The notes: generated by a model from the letters alone, not told the origin. DNA of 64,000 bases from Longimicrobiales bacterium (GCA_965218295.1 CBDCKN010000012.1:32001-96000); one strand, 5' to 3'; shown: positions 8,548-19,390, counted from the first letter of the stretch. Numbers and translations: made by a program.

Positions 8548-10833
8548 CTAGCGCCCTGCCCGGTCGGCCTCCTCCTCGGTCTCCACGAGTCGACCCGTGG
8601 TAAGCTCCAGCACCAACCTGTCGCTGTCGTAGATCTCGTCGAGGGCCTCCAGGATGGCACGCACGTCGACCGCGACGGACCGGTTCAGCTCCGGAAGGTA
8701 GATGTAGTCGCCCGGCAGGCTCTCGATGTTGCCGTCGAAGACCACGCCGACCACCTCGAGCTCCTGGTCCAGAACCGGCGCACCGGAGTTGCCGCCGATG
8801 ATGTCGGCGGTCGAGACGAAGTTGATCGGCGTCGAGAGATCGAGCGTCTCCCGCGTGTCCAGCCAGCGGTCCGGGAGTGCCCAGTCATCGTCACCCGCGT
8901 GCGAGTAGTGGCGGTCGTACAGGCCGTAGATCGTGGTGAACGCCGGCGCCCGGGTGCCGTTGTAGTCGTATCCGGTCACGACCCCGTCGGCGATCCTGAG
9001 CGAGAAGGTCGCGTCGGGCGGCTCATCGGTCCCGTAGATCTCGAAGCGGGCCCGACCCAGCTCGGCAGCGATCTCCTCCTCCTGCGGGAAGACAGACGCG
9101 ACGATCTGCTGGAACTGGGCGAAGGTAGGCAGATAGGCGCGCACGATCCCGAGCGCGGGGTCGGCCATGGTCAACGTGTTGTTCTCGATCGCGGCGGCCG
9201 CGGCCGCCGAGTCTTGGAGCTGCGACCCACTGACCACGGCAGCGGCCCGGGCCTCGACGCTCATGCCCTGCAGCACTGCCGTGGAGAGCGGTGAGCGGTC
9301 ACCGTAGGAGTGCGTGAAGTCGTGGAACCGTGCCTCGACGAAGGCCTGGTCGAGCTGGGGAGCCTGATCTGGGACGCCTTGCAGCCGCTCCATGAGGCTT
9401 TCGATCGCCTCGGCGGGAGCGCCCCTCTGTCGTGCGCTCAGGATCTGAAAGGCGATGAGGGCGCGATGCAGCGTGGACGACGCCATATCGGGACTCGACA
9501 GCGCGAGGAAGGCGCCGAAGCCGGGCGCCTGTGCGCGCTTCTGATCCTGTTGCTCGGCCATATCGGCGATCAGCGATCCGTAACGGCCAGAGAGCGCCGG
9601 ATCGGCGTCGATCGCCGCCTGGAAGTCCCGTTCGGTGTCCTTGCGGCGCGCAATGATGATCGGGTCCTCGAGGCCGCGCACTTGCCCCGTATACGCCTTC
9701 AAGGAGTTCGACAAGCTGAAATACGTATTCCTGAGATCTCGCTCCTCGGCGTCCTCCGGAAACTCCTTGATGTATGAGTCGAGGGCCTCCATCCGGGAGC
9801 GCAGCAGGTCGAGGATCGCGCGGTCGTTCACGTCTCGGCGGAACTCGAGCTCGGCCACGGTTTGGAGTCGGCTGGTCGAGCCGGGATTGCCGACGATGAA
9901 GATGGGATCGCCCTCCTCCAGACCGTCGTCGTCGAATTGGAAGTAGTTCTCGGTCGACAGCGGCTGCCCGTCGTCGTCATAAATGCGGAAGAAGGAGAAG
10001 TCGAGGTTGTAGCGGGGGTAGGTGAAGTTGTCGAGGTCGCCACCGAAGAATCCGATCTGCAGTTCGGGCACGATGACGAGCTTCGCGTTCGTGTAGCGGC
10101 GGAAGACATACGCGGACGTGCGCCCGCCGTTGTACAGCGAGATCATCTCGACCACGTGCCCGGAGTCCTCACCACCCCGCTCCTCCAAGATACGCGCCTC
10201 GATCTCTTCGAGGAGGCTCTCGCGCCGCTCCACCCGCTGCGCGGCAGGAAGCGCGTCCAGCGTCGAGTTCACCTCGTCGGTGGCGTCGACGATGTCGACG
10301 AGCTGGTCGGCCTGGAAGTCTTCCAGGAACCGCTCGTCGGCGAGATCCCGCGTCACCAGGCCGTCGTCGAGAAGCGACTCCCCGTCGCCCGAGACCTGCG
10401 AGACGAACTCGCGCGCGCAGTGGTGGTTGGACAGGACGAGTCCGTTCGGAGAGACGAAGGAAGCCGAGCAGTTCGAGAGACGCAGCGAGCCGAGTCGGGC
10501 CTTCTCGAACCATGCGTCGTCCGGACGGAATCCGTACGTCTCCTCGAGGTAGTCGACCGGGGGAAGCTCGAAGGTCCACATCTTCCCCTGGTCGAAGCGG
10601 CTGGCCTGGACCGTGTCGAGGTCGACCCCGTACACGAAGGGCTGAGGCTTGGCGGTCTGAGGCGGAGCTTCGGCAACCACCTCCGCCGATCGGTCCGCAG
10701 GATCGGGGTCGACTACCGGTGCCGGCGGGGGAGCCGGTGTGGCGGCCCCACCGCAGGCGGCCATGAAGAGAACTCCGCCGAGGCAGGTCAGGACACGCGA
10801 ACGCTCACCCAAAGTACCCATCGACTCCATCAT
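8548..10833 (-). CDS. S46 family dipeptidyl peptidase, probable lipoprotein
   Basis: GKMWTF, CSASFVSPNGLVLSNHHC, FFGGDLDNFTYPRY and DIIGGNSG motifs. Lipobox MAAC. Confidence 0.93.
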   Translation of the reverse strand: MMESMGTLGERSRVLTCLGGVLFMAACGGAATPAPPPAPVVDPDPADRSAEVVAEAPPQTAKPQPFVYGVDLDTVQASRFDQGKMWTFELPPVDYLEETYGFRPDDAWFEKARLGSLRLSNCSASFVSPNGLVLSNHHCAREFVSQVSGDGESLLDDGLVTRDLADERFLEDFQADQLVDIVDATDEVNSTLDALPAAQRVERRESLLEEIEARILEERGGEDSGHVVEMISLYNGGRTSAYVFRRYTNAKLVIVPELQIGFFGGDLDNFTYPRYNLDFSFFRIYDDDGQPLSTENYFQFDDDGLEEGDPIFIVGNPGSTSRLQTVAELEFRRDVNDRAILDLLRSRMEALDSYIKEFPEDAEERDLRNTYFSLSNSLKAYTGQVRGLEDPIIIARRKDTERDFQAAIDADPALSGRYGSLIADMAEQQDQKRAQAPGFGAFLALSSPDMASSTLHRALIAFQILSARQRGAPAEAIESLMERLQGVPDQAPQLDQAFVEARFHDFTHSYGDRSPLSTAVLQGMSVEARAAAVVSGSQLQDSAAAAAAIENNTLTMADPALGIVRAYLPTFAQFQQIVASVFPQEEEIAAELGRARFEIYGTDEPPDATFSLRIADGVVTGYDYNGTRAPAFTTIYGLYDRHYSHAGDDDWALPDRWLDTRETLDLSTPINFVSTADIIGGNSGAPVLDQELEVVGVVFDGNIESLPGDYIYLPELNRSVAVDVRAILEALDEIYDSDRLVLELTTGRLVETEEEADRAGR

Positions 10834-11076
10834 GCACCTCGTCGGATTCTACAGGAAGGCAAACCAATACCCTTTGACGGGTCGGGATAACGTGAGGGCC
10901 ATGACCAACCCGGTCAACATGAGGTCTCGCCTGGCGTTCGGGGGTCAAGCGGGCGCTGATACCGAAGCCTACACCGCCTCGCCCAACCGCGCCGACAGTC
11001 GAGGAGATCAACCTTCTACTTGCGTGTTGGGCTGCGCGAACGGGATGTTGAGCCCGTAAGCATTCAGGAGGTGACG

Positions 11077-12579
11077 ATGGAACGAAGGCGATTCCTCGGC
11101 CTGGGGGGCGTGGCCGCGCTCGGCGCAGGCCATCCTGCACTGGGCGCGATCCTTTCCGGCCCCGTGTCGGGCGGCCACGGAGCGTCGTCGGTCACCCGCT
11201 CGAGACAACCCGACCCCCGCTTCGACGAGATCAGCAATCTGATCGAAGCCAAGATGGCCGAGTACCGGATCACTGGCGTCGCCTTCGGTCTCTCGAAGAA
11301 GGGCGCGTCGCAGCTGCGCGGCTTCGGGCTCACGAACATCGACAATCCGCAGCCGGTCACGCCCGACACCGTCTTCCCGATCGCGTCGATCTCGAAGACG
11401 GTCGTGGGCACGGCGATGATGCGACTGCACGATCAGGGTTTGGTCGATGTCGAGGCGCCCGTGCGGGAGTACATCACCGACTTCCAGGTCGGCGACGCGG
11501 CGGCGACGCGTGACGTACGCATCTGGCACCTGCTGACGCACACGCCGGGCTGGGAGGGCCAGCTCGACACGCCCGATCGCGGCTCAGCCACGCTGGCGAA
11601 CCTCACAGAAGGGCTCCGGGACCTTCCGCAGCTCGCCAGACCGGGGGAGGTGTGGAGTTACAACAACGCCGGGTGGGGCGTGGCCGGGCGCGTGATCGAG
11701 GTCGTGACGGACAGCACGATCAGCGACGCATTGTACGCCCTCGTCTTCGAGCCGCTAGCGCTCGACCGGGCCTTCTCGCAGACCGGCGAAGCGATGTCGT
11801 ACCGCTTCGCAGCCCCGCATCGAGAACAAGGTGGCCGGACGGTCGCTACCCACGCATTCCAGCTGTACCCGAACGTCGCGGCAGGTGGCTGCGCGATGAG
11901 CCTCGAGAACATGATCCGCTACCTGGAGTTCCACCTCGGCGACGGAACAACCCCGGACGGCGCACGCCTCCTCTCCCGGCCATCGCTAGAAGCGATGCGG
12001 ACGGCGCGCATCCAGAAGAACAGCTCGACGGACGAGATGGGCCTCGGTTGGCATCTGCGCACGCTCAACGGTGTGCTGACGGGACAGCACGGAGGCACGC
12101 TCGGTGGCCACTGTCTCCATGCGCAGCTCGTGCCGGAGCGGAATCTCTGCTTCTCGATCCTCACGAACCACCGGGACGGGTGGCGGCTCAACGAGGACGT
12201 AGCGACGGTCATCCTCGACACGTACGAGGGGCTCGCGCTCGCTCCGGGTCAGATGACCGGCGGGAACCGGGGCGGAAACGAGCGGATGACGTACCATGCC
12301 GAGCCGGTGTCCCCGCAGCCGGAGCTCGGCGAATACGTCGGCCTCTACCGAAGGCCTCCGATCGGTGAGGTCGACATCCGCGTCGAGGGCGGACGCCTCA
12401 TGGTCGGCCAGAGACCGAGCCACTACCCCCTCGTCTTCTGGGGACCCGACGTGACGTACGCGACCGGTCCCGGCGCCTTCGTGGGCATGGCCGTCGAGTT
12501 CATCCGAGACGAGAGCGGCGCCGTGACGTGGGTGCGAGTGAACGGACGGATCGCGAGGAAGGAAGGGCTAGGAGGATGA
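11077..12579 (+). CDS. Serine hydrolase (beta-lactamase class C-like), Tat-exported
   Basis: RRRFLG twin-arginine signal. SISK, LLTHTPG, YNN and HGG motifs. GGAGG RBS before ATG 11077. Confidence 0.88.
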   Translation: MERRRFLGLGGVAALGAGHPALGAILSGPVSGGHGASSVTRSRQPDPRFDEISNLIEAKMAEYRITGVAFGLSKKGASQLRGFGLTNIDNPQPVTPDTVFPIASISKTVVGTAMMRLHDQGLVDVEAPVREYITDFQVGDAAATRDVRIWHLLTHTPGWEGQLDTPDRGSATLANLTEGLRDLPQLARPGEVWSYNNAGWGVAGRVIEVVTDSTISDALYALVFEPLALDRAFSQTGEAMSYRFAAPHREQGGRTVATHAFQLYPNVAAGGCAMSLENMIRYLEFHLGDGTTPDGARLLSRPSLEAMRTARIQKNSSTDEMGLGWHLRTLNGVLTGQHGGTLGGHCLHAQLVPERNLCFSILTNHRDGWRLNEDVATVILDTYEGLALAPGQMTGGNRGGNERMTYHAEPVSPQPELGEYVGLYRRPPIGEVDIRVEGGRLMVGQRPSHYPLVFWGPDVTYATGPGAFVGMAVEFIRDESGAVTWVRVNGRIARKEGLGG

Positions 12580-12676
12580 GCGCAGCTCCTGTGACCCGAC
12601 CCTCATCCGCCTTGCCGGCGTTACTTCTTGATCTTAGGCCGCGGACTGTGGGGTCATAAAGTCAGATCTTCCGTGC

Positions 12677-13912
12677 TCACCATACATGGTTCCACATTCG
12701 TTCAGAGATGGGGCTGGCCCCCCCACGACCGAGCATTCCCCCGCAACTGTAGGTCAGCGTGAGATCACCGCTGATCTTGTTCCCGACCACCCAATTCTCA
12801 CTACCAAAAGGATTGGGGTCGTCTCGGCAGATCAGTTGGCCGAACATCACGGGCTTGCCGGAGACTTCGCATTGGGAGCCGGCGTAGACCAGCCCCTCGA
12901 AGTTCTGCTCGCCTCCCGACGGGCTTCCGTTCAGCTTCACGTCTCCCTCGGCCACGATGAGAATGCTGTCCGAGTGGGCCGGGACCATGTAGGGATCCCC
13001 CGGAATCGTTACCGACTTGGTCGTCAGGATCGTGATGGCCAGGGGAGTGCTGGGCGAGCCGAGTTGGCTCGTCATCTCTGCGTTGCCGTCCATGCAATAG
13101 ACGCCGGGCGCGACGTTGTCGTTGTCCGTCGTGTACGTGCCTCCGCTCCACTTCCAACCCCACCAAGTTCCGGTCGCGAGGTTTCTGGTGGTCATGGTGG
13201 CGACCTGGGTACCCAAATTGCCGGCGAAGATGTAATCCGCTTCGCCGCAATAGTCGTCGGGATCGAGATCGGGGATGGGCAGCTCGGGCGCGTCGGACGT
13301 TGGAGTGACCGGGTTCCATAGCATGTCCTGCAATGTGCCCCCAACCGATGCCGTGCCGGAGCTACTCACGTTGCCGTCTACGGCTACCGTCGAGGTCCCG
13401 CTAATATCGAGGTCGCCGTTGGAGTGGATATTCGGGCACTGCCCTTTGATGGTCGGGTTGCTTGACAGCGCCGCGTCACCTCCGAAGACGAGGGCGGCAG
13501 CGAGCCCGACCCTGCTCCTTACGATGATGCCGATCCGGCGCCTTCCCCCGTTGAGCCCAGGGCTCCGAGCTGTGGACTCGACGGTGTAGAGCTTGTCGGA
13601 CGCGTCACCACCGTCGATGCGGCGGTATACGAGCTGGTAGCTACAGCGGTTCTCGATCGTCGTCCACGACCCCACGAGGCTGTCTCCCGGGCCGGCCATC
13701 AACGTGTCCATGGCCGGCTGGTCCCAGTTCGAAACAGCGCTGTGGATGCCCGCTTCGGCGGCGTAGAACGCCTGATTGGAGTGGGTCACGGCCTCTGCCG
13801 AGAGGATCTCGTCGCGGGAGCTCTGGAGCGCCGCGCCGCCAATCATGCCCAGCAGCACCAGCGCGAAGACCGCAATCGGCAGGGCGAAACCCGCGTCGCG
13901 GGTCCGGACCAT
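12677..13912 (-). CDS. PilX-like type IV pilus minor pilin
   Basis: GFALPIAVFALVLL...AFYAAEAG PilX N-terminal signature. Confidence 0.8.
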   Translation of the reverse strand: MVRTRDAGFALPIAVFALVLLGMIGGAALQSSRDEILSAEAVTHSNQAFYAAEAGIHSAVSNWDQPAMDTLMAGPGDSLVGSWTTIENRCSYQLVYRRIDGGDASDKLYTVESTARSPGLNGGRRRIGIIVRSRVGLAAALVFGGDAALSSNPTIKGQCPNIHSNGDLDISGTSTVAVDGNVSSSGTASVGGTLQDMLWNPVTPTSDAPELPIPDLDPDDYCGEADYIFAGNLGTQVATMTTRNLATGTWWGWKWSGGTYTTDNDNVAPGVYCMDGNAEMTSQLGSPSTPLAITILTTKSVTIPGDPYMVPAHSDSILIVAEGDVKLNGSPSGGEQNFEGLVYAGSQCEVSGKPVMFGQLICRDDPNPFGSENWVVGNKISGDLTLTYSCGGMLGRGGASPISERMWNHVW

Positions 13913-14034
13913 CGGGGTGTCCGTGAGGCCGGCGGCCGGCTCGCCGCCGCTCTTGGAGGAGGCTCTGTGAGGAGGCTCTGTAATGTATCCACGTGGTGCG
14001 GGGTCTCGGCATCTGCTCTATTCTCCTGAACACT

Positions 14035-14898
14035 CTAGTTGTTGCGCAGGCTCACCGTGAGGCGGAGCGTGTCCGCGAGGTTACCCGAGCTCACGTAGGC
14101 GGACAGGTCCTCACGGCTCTCGGCCTTGAGGAGGATCTCGACGGTGGCGACGTCCGACGGCGTGGCGGTCACGGCGCCATTCACGTCGTAGTAGTGGAAG
14201 ACCAACCCGCTGTCGGCGGGACTCATGAGCGGGCCGGCCAGCCTCTCCGGATCGATGGCTCCCGAGACTCTCTGCACCAGCCAGTATCTCCCGCTCACCT
14301 CCTCGAGACCGAACTGGACCGGGTGGAAGGCGCGGATGGGCGAGCCCACCAAGAGGCTGTCGATGATGGTTGGCGCGCCCGCCAGGTCGATGGCGACCTC
14401 AGGGTTGGGCGCGCTGGTCGTGTCGCTCCAGAAGCAGTCTGGAGTCTTGGTGGCCAATCCCGATGTCGTGGTATCCGTGGCCGCCACCGTTACGATGTTC
14501 CAATCGTCGTTCTGAATGGAGTAGATCAGCACACTGTCGCTTGCGGTGAACTGTCCGGATACGTCGTGAATGCCCAGCCACTGGGTGCTCGTGGAGCAGA
14601 TGATCCCGCCGGCGTGGACCGCCCTCATGGTTACACTGTTCGTACCGAGGGTCGTCAGGTCGCCCCCCGTGGCGGACACTTCCTGGATGGCCCACGACAG
14701 CATGCTGGCTCCCGTACGTAGGCTTACCTGAGTTCCCAGCTTGGCGCTTTGCACGGTATACAGGGCCACCTGAGAACTGAGGATCGCGAACGCCCCGGCC
14801 GCGAGCAGACTGGCCACCGCTAGTGTGACTAGCAACTCCACCAATGTGAATCCTCCAACGCCGGCGGGGATCACTGAACGATGTCGGGTGGCGCTCAT
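14035..14898 (-). CDS. PilW-like prepilin
   Basis: GFTLVELLV class III signal peptide. Confidence 0.8.
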   Translation of the reverse strand: MSATRHRSVIPAGVGGFTLVELLVTLAVASLLAAGAFAILSSQVALYTVQSAKLGTQVSLRTGASMLSWAIQEVSATGGDLTTLGTNSVTMRAVHAGGIICSTSTQWLGIHDVSGQFTASDSVLIYSIQNDDWNIVTVAATDTTTSGLATKTPDCFWSDTTSAPNPEVAIDLAGAPTIIDSLLVGSPIRAFHPVQFGLEEVSGRYWLVQRVSGAIDPERLAGPLMSPADSGLVFHYYDVNGAVTATPSDVATVEILLKAESREDLSAYVSSGNLADTLRLTVSLRNN

Positions 14899-15269
14899 TA
14901 GTTCTCAATATCAGCGGCGTAGGTTACGAAGGTGTCCACCGTCATGCCGCCGAGAACGGAGGGACGTTCTATGGCGAGGACGACGACCTTGGGCGCCGTA
15001 CCCGAGACCGTCCAGCTGATCGGAAATCCCCACACCGTGTCCGAGCCCGAATCGACGCTGTCGTACGGAAGCGAGCGCAGCGTCTCCATCTGGTACTGCG
15101 CCACCGCCGCCGCCTCGGTGATGATCTCTCCGGCCTTGGCCTGTTGCCTGGCCACGAGCGTGTACTGGGCGGCGGCAAGGGCTCCGATCGTGAAAACGAG
15201 CAAGGCGATCAGCACCTCCACGATGGAGACACCAGCCTCGGGCCCCGACGTCCTCGTGCGGGTACTCAT
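14898..15269 (-). CDS. PilV-like prepilin
   Basis: GVSIVEVLIALLVF signal. ATG 15269 overlaps the upstream stop (ATGA). Confidence 0.8.
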   Translation of the reverse strand: MSTRTRTSGPEAGVSIVEVLIALLVFTIGALAAAQYTLVARQQAKAGEIITEAAAVAQYQMETLRSLPYDSVDSGSDTVWGFPISWTVSGTAPKVVVLAIERPSVLGGMTVDTFVTYAADIEN

Positions 15270-15757
15270 GGAGAGGCCTTGAACAGCAGCCCCGACGCGG
15301 TTGCGCTCATCGAGTCCGACGAGCTTCCACGGGAGAATGCGATAGCGAGAGATCCCTGAGTCGGACATCCAGCAGCGGCGGCGATGAGTCCCCGCGGGTC
15401 GAAGCAAAGCAAAGACCTGGTGGCCCTCAAGTCCACCTGGTTCTCGCTCAAGTCGACAACGCGGCCTATGGTATCCATGATGCCGGAGCCGGAGGCCGTC
15501 GTATCGATCTGGACCCAGAACCGATCCGTGGAAGCGTCGATATGAAGTTCGGCTACAGCGCCGAATCGCACCGCCGTAGTGCGCGCCTTCTGATGCGCCG
15601 ACGTGAACTGATCGGCAGCCCCCCTTGTCGCAAACTGGTCCCAGGCATCCGTCCGACGAAGGGTGATTCCAGCCAGGAGCCCGACAACACTGATCACGAT
15701 CATCAACTCCAGGAGGGTGAATCCAGACTGCTTCATGCGCTTCTGCCGCCTTTTCAT
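15266..15757 (-). CDS. FimT/GspH-like prepilin
   Basis: MKRRQKRMKQSGFTLLELMIV signal and C-terminal FDPRG motif. Start uncertain. Confidence 0.8.
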   Translation of the reverse strand: MKRRQKRMKQSGFTLLELMIVISVVGLLAGITLRRTDAWDQFATRGAADQFTSAHQKARTTAVRFGAVAELHIDASTDRFWVQIDTTASGSGIMDTIGRVVDLSENQVDLRATRSLLCFDPRGLIAAAAGCPTQGSLAIAFSRGSSSDSMSATASGLLFKASP

Positions 15758-16023
15758 CTTCGTCCTACTTTTTTTGGACCGATCGGATGTCGAGTTGAAC
15801 TCCTTACCGAGATCGACACTCATATCCGTTCGTTCGCAGAGCCGATGGGGGGGCTCGGCGGACTATTCGCGAGATCCGTGCCATGTGGAAAACTCGATCC
15901 CTACGGCCTTTTGCCCTGGAATCGCCCCATTATCGAGCAAACTTTTCCCCGGCACCGGGAAAAGTATCCCGTCAAGAGAGATCATCTTCGGCCTCCGAAC
16001 CTCGCCGAGCTGCTCGCCGGAGA

Positions 16024-16061
16024 GGCGTACGTATCTTTACATCGTGAACATACGTACGAGG
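16024..16061. repeat. 38-bp palindromic element, copy 1 (inverted copy at 28366-28403)
   Basis: GGCGTACGTATCTTTACATCGTGAACATACGTACGAGG, 35/38 identical to the second copy. Confidence 0.8.
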
Positions 16062-16158
16062 GTTTCGGCCTCAATGATGTGCCGCGATCGGGGGTGGCTT
16101 ATTGAGACCCTTTTGTCACCGTGAGTGTCACCGCGACCTCCGCAGACCCACAACGACA

Positions 16159-16372
16159 GAGGTCCCACAGGGCTGGAAAGCCTTACGGGACCTCATCTTC
16201 TTCTAGTACGCCCGACAGGATTGACGTCGCTACGCTCCGTCGTCTCGGCGATTCACATCTGGGTCGCATAGCGAAGAACCATCCTGACGCCTCGGCTCGA
16301 ACCTGAGGACCCGAATCCGCACCAGGTCCTATTGAAGAGGGCCCCAGGGCTTTGCCCCGGGACCCTCTTCAA
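16159..16372 (-). repeat. tRNA-linked repeat: second copy of the tRNA-Arg 3' end with a T-loop insertion, plus hairpins
   Basis: tacgcccgacaggatt at 16207 repeats 16373. cgaacctg resumes at 16298. Hairpins at 16159-16194 and 16331-16373. Confidence 0.65.
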
Positions 16373-16446
<74 letters not shown>

Positions 16447-16454
16447 GACAACGG

Positions 16455-16831
<377 letters not shown>

Positions 16832-16944
16832 CCTACGAGCCAGTGCGGACGAAAGAGCCGGCGCCGAAGCGTCGGATCTCGAACCGCGTAGGCACGTTCT
16901 AACTCTAAACGCAACCGCGATTTGGAACAACGACCGACCAGTGA

Positions 16945-17556
16945 TCAGAAGGTCCAGAACAACCCCACGGTCGCCTCGTTATTGGAGTAGGTGACGACCT
17001 CGTGGTTGTCCTCACGGAACCGGTATTCACCTCTGATCCCCAGGTGGTCAGTAATCCAAATACGAAGGCCGAACGGGAACGAGAAGGTGTTCCGGGAGAA
17101 TCGCCTTCCTTCGGAGTCGTCGTCGACCCGCGCGAACAGGCCCGCGGAGATACCGCCGTACGGCTCCACTCGGCCCATGGTGTGGCGCGCCTGGAAGCCC
17201 GCCGTGAGGGTGAAGAGATTGGCGCTCTTGGTGGGCAGCGACGGGTCGAAGACGAATCCCTCATCCTGCTGCACGTCAGGACGGCTGTAGGACGTCTCGA
17301 TTTCGAGCCGGATATACTCGCTCATAGAGTGATCGGCCCTGACCGAGAAGATGGGGAAGCTCTCGTCATCGGACGGCTCGTAGCTCAGGATTCCCCCGAC
17401 GACCGAAATAGTCCAGCTCTCACTGAGGGGTCCCGGGTCCAACGTTTGAGCCGAAAGTGGTGATCCGAAGAGCAGGATCGCCGCTGCGGCGAATCCGGTG
17501 GCGGACCGGCCAGGGACCTGAAACGGAGTACGTAGGGAGACGGTCACAGCGTTCAC
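16945..17556 (-). CDS. Small outer-membrane beta-barrel protein
   Basis: Signal peptide (AAAAILLFGSPLSAQ), amphipathic strands, C-terminal ...VGLFWTF. Start uncertain. Confidence 0.7.
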   Translation of the reverse strand: MNAVTVSLRTPFQVPGRSATGFAAAAILLFGSPLSAQTLDPGPLSESWTISVVGGILSYEPSDDESFPIFSVRADHSMSEYIRLEIETSYSRPDVQQDEGFVFDPSLPTKSANLFTLTAGFQARHTMGRVEPYGGISAGLFARVDDDSEGRRFSRNTFSFPFGLRIWITDHLGIRGEYRFREDNHEVVTYSNNEATVGLFWTF

Positions 17557-17624
17557 GTTGGACGTTCTGATGAGGGATCGTTTCGTTCGCGGAGCTAGGA
17601 GCGGAGCGTTCAGACTCCGGGCGG

Positions 17625-18503
17625 CTACCCCCCGGCCATCCAGCGGTAGATCGCCCGCACGTTCAGCGGGAACCAGGCGTCGTACTGGCCCCAGTCGCTG
17701 AACTCCGGCAGTCGGATCTCCGCCGCCGCCCGGTCTTCCGACCATCCCGCGTCGAGCGCCTTCCCCACCTCGGACCGGATCTGGTCGTAGTAGCGGATCT
17801 GCCGGTGTATGGAGCTCCGGTCCCCCGCCGGCCCGTACCCGAAGACCATGGTCTCGAAGTCGATCTCCAGGAGGCGGGGCATGGACTCGAAGAAGTCTGG
17901 GAACTGCCAGCCGGGAAGGCCCTGATAGCCGACGCGGTCGTGGTTTACGAAGTCTACGGCGAACGCCACCTTCACGTCCGGGACGTAGACCACCGTGGAG
18001 TTGTCGGTGTGGTTCGCGCCCACGTAGTGGAGCTCGATGTCACGGCCGCCCTGGTTCATGGACATGAACTCCTGGTAGGTGACGGTCGGCACGGGTAGAT
18101 CCGCGCTGCCGACCGCCGCGATGGCCGCTACCGAGTTGCGATGCGCCAGGATGGGCACCGACTGGCCCATCTCGCTCATGAGCGCCGGAGCACCCGTGGC
18201 GTGGTCGGCGTCCTGGTGGCTGTAGATGATGGCCAAGAGAGGAGCGGCCGGGGCCACCTTCCTGATCTCCCGGGCGTACTGCATGGCCGCCTCCGGCGAG
18301 ATCGGGTCCACGGCCACGACTCCGGCGGGTGTGACCACGAAGAACCCGTTGTGCGCCTGCCAGCGGAACTGAAAGACCCCGTCGGCAATACGGGTCGTCT
18401 CGTAGTCGGGGGTCTGGGCCTCGGCCATGACGGGGCCGAGAACGACGACGACCGTCGACAACAAAACGGCCACCAGCAGCGGAATATGTCTCGCTCGCAC
18501 CAT
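17625..18503 (-). CDS. Secreted MBL-fold metallo-hydrolase
   Basis: Signal peptide. YSHQDADH and HT motifs. Confidence 0.8.
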   Translation of the reverse strand: MVRARHIPLLVAVLLSTVVVVLGPVMAEAQTPDYETTRIADGVFQFRWQAHNGFFVVTPAGVVAVDPISPEAAMQYAREIRKVAPAAPLLAIIYSHQDADHATGAPALMSEMGQSVPILAHRNSVAAIAAVGSADLPVPTVTYQEFMSMNQGGRDIELHYVGANHTDNSTVVYVPDVKVAFAVDFVNHDRVGYQGLPGWQFPDFFESMPRLLEIDFETMVFGYGPAGDRSSIHRQIRYYDQIRSEVGKALDAGWSEDRAAAEIRLPEFSDWGQYDAWFPLNVRAIYRWMAGG

Positions 18504-18564
18504 GGGATCCTCCTGGCCGATCCGTCCCGCGGCCGGCCGTTGGCTGAGTCTTCTGAGGTGAGAC

Positions 18565-19374
18565 CTAAGGAATGACGGGCAGCAGGGCGCCGGAGTCCAG
18601 CAGGTCCTGGGCTATCGTCGCGTCGAGGGCGAAGACGACCACGAACCCTCCGACGCCAATGATCAAGGCGAACATGAATACGGTGTAGGATATCCGTAGG
18701 AGGTTGAACTTCTTCTTGAGCACCTGACCGAGCCCGTACAGATCCCTCACCATGTTGATGTAGAGGTGGTCCGGCGTCATCATCAGGTCACGCATTCCCT
18801 CCACAAAGTCTTCTTCCGACAGGTTCACGAAGTTCCCGAAGAACAGGATATTGGCGTCGTTTCGCTCGATGTCGTCCAGCGTCAGCGGCTGGTTGCTCAC
18901 CCCGGGGCGTGCGGCCAGAACCGCGTAGACGAGCGCTATGAGGCACCCCACGAGCAGGATGCTGACAGGCAGGACGAGGAGCGGCAGGCCTCCCATGCGG
19001 GGCGCCAAGGCCGCGAGCGTGATGGAGATGATCAGTCCGTTCACGCTGATCATGATGTTCGCCTTGGCGTCGGCCAGGCCGACCAGATCCTGGTGGACGC
19101 GGTAGCTGGTCCGGAACATCGTCTCGATGCCACGGGACGTGCCGAGGCCCGTGGGCTTCTTTTTCTTCTTCTTGCCCTTCTTGCCGTCGTCGGCCTCGCC
19201 CGCCCCCGCGTCGGCGTCAGCTTCCTGTGCCTCGCCCGTCGCTGAGACTTCGGCTTCGGTGACCCCGAGATGGGGGTCATCGGCTCCCGCCACGGACCCG
19301 GTGCCGCCAACCTCAGCCGTCTCGTCGTCTACGGCTTCCGCAACGTCTCTCGGTTCGTTCTGGTCTACGTCCAT
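18565..19374 (-). CDS. DUF5706 ('Pycsar effector family') membrane protein with acidic N-terminal tail
   Basis: RGIETMFRT...LADAKANIMISVN...LFFGNF...DLYGLGQVL.KK..LLRISY pattern. Three TM segments. Confidence 0.82.
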   Translation of the reverse strand: MDVDQNEPRDVAEAVDDETAEVGGTGSVAGADDPHLGVTEAEVSATGEAQEADADAGAGEADDGKKGKKKKKKPTGLGTSRGIETMFRTSYRVHQDLVGLADAKANIMISVNGLIISITLAALAPRMGGLPLLVLPVSILLVGCLIALVYAVLAARPGVSNQPLTLDDIERNDANILFFGNFVNLSEEDFVEGMRDLMMTPDHLYINMVRDLYGLGQVLKKKFNLLRISYTVFMFALIIGVGGFVVVFALDATIAQDLLDSGALLPVIP

Positions 19375-19390
19375 GCGCTCTCACCCTGGG

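Noticed and set aside
11077..12579. Beta-lactam resistance gene
   Set aside because: Generic SxxK/YxN serine-hydrolase fold only; nothing indicates beta-lactamase activity.
18565..19374. Pycsar anti-phage system
   Set aside because: Only the effector-like membrane domain is present. The two class III cyclases are 14 and 31 kb away and have ordinary signalling architectures.
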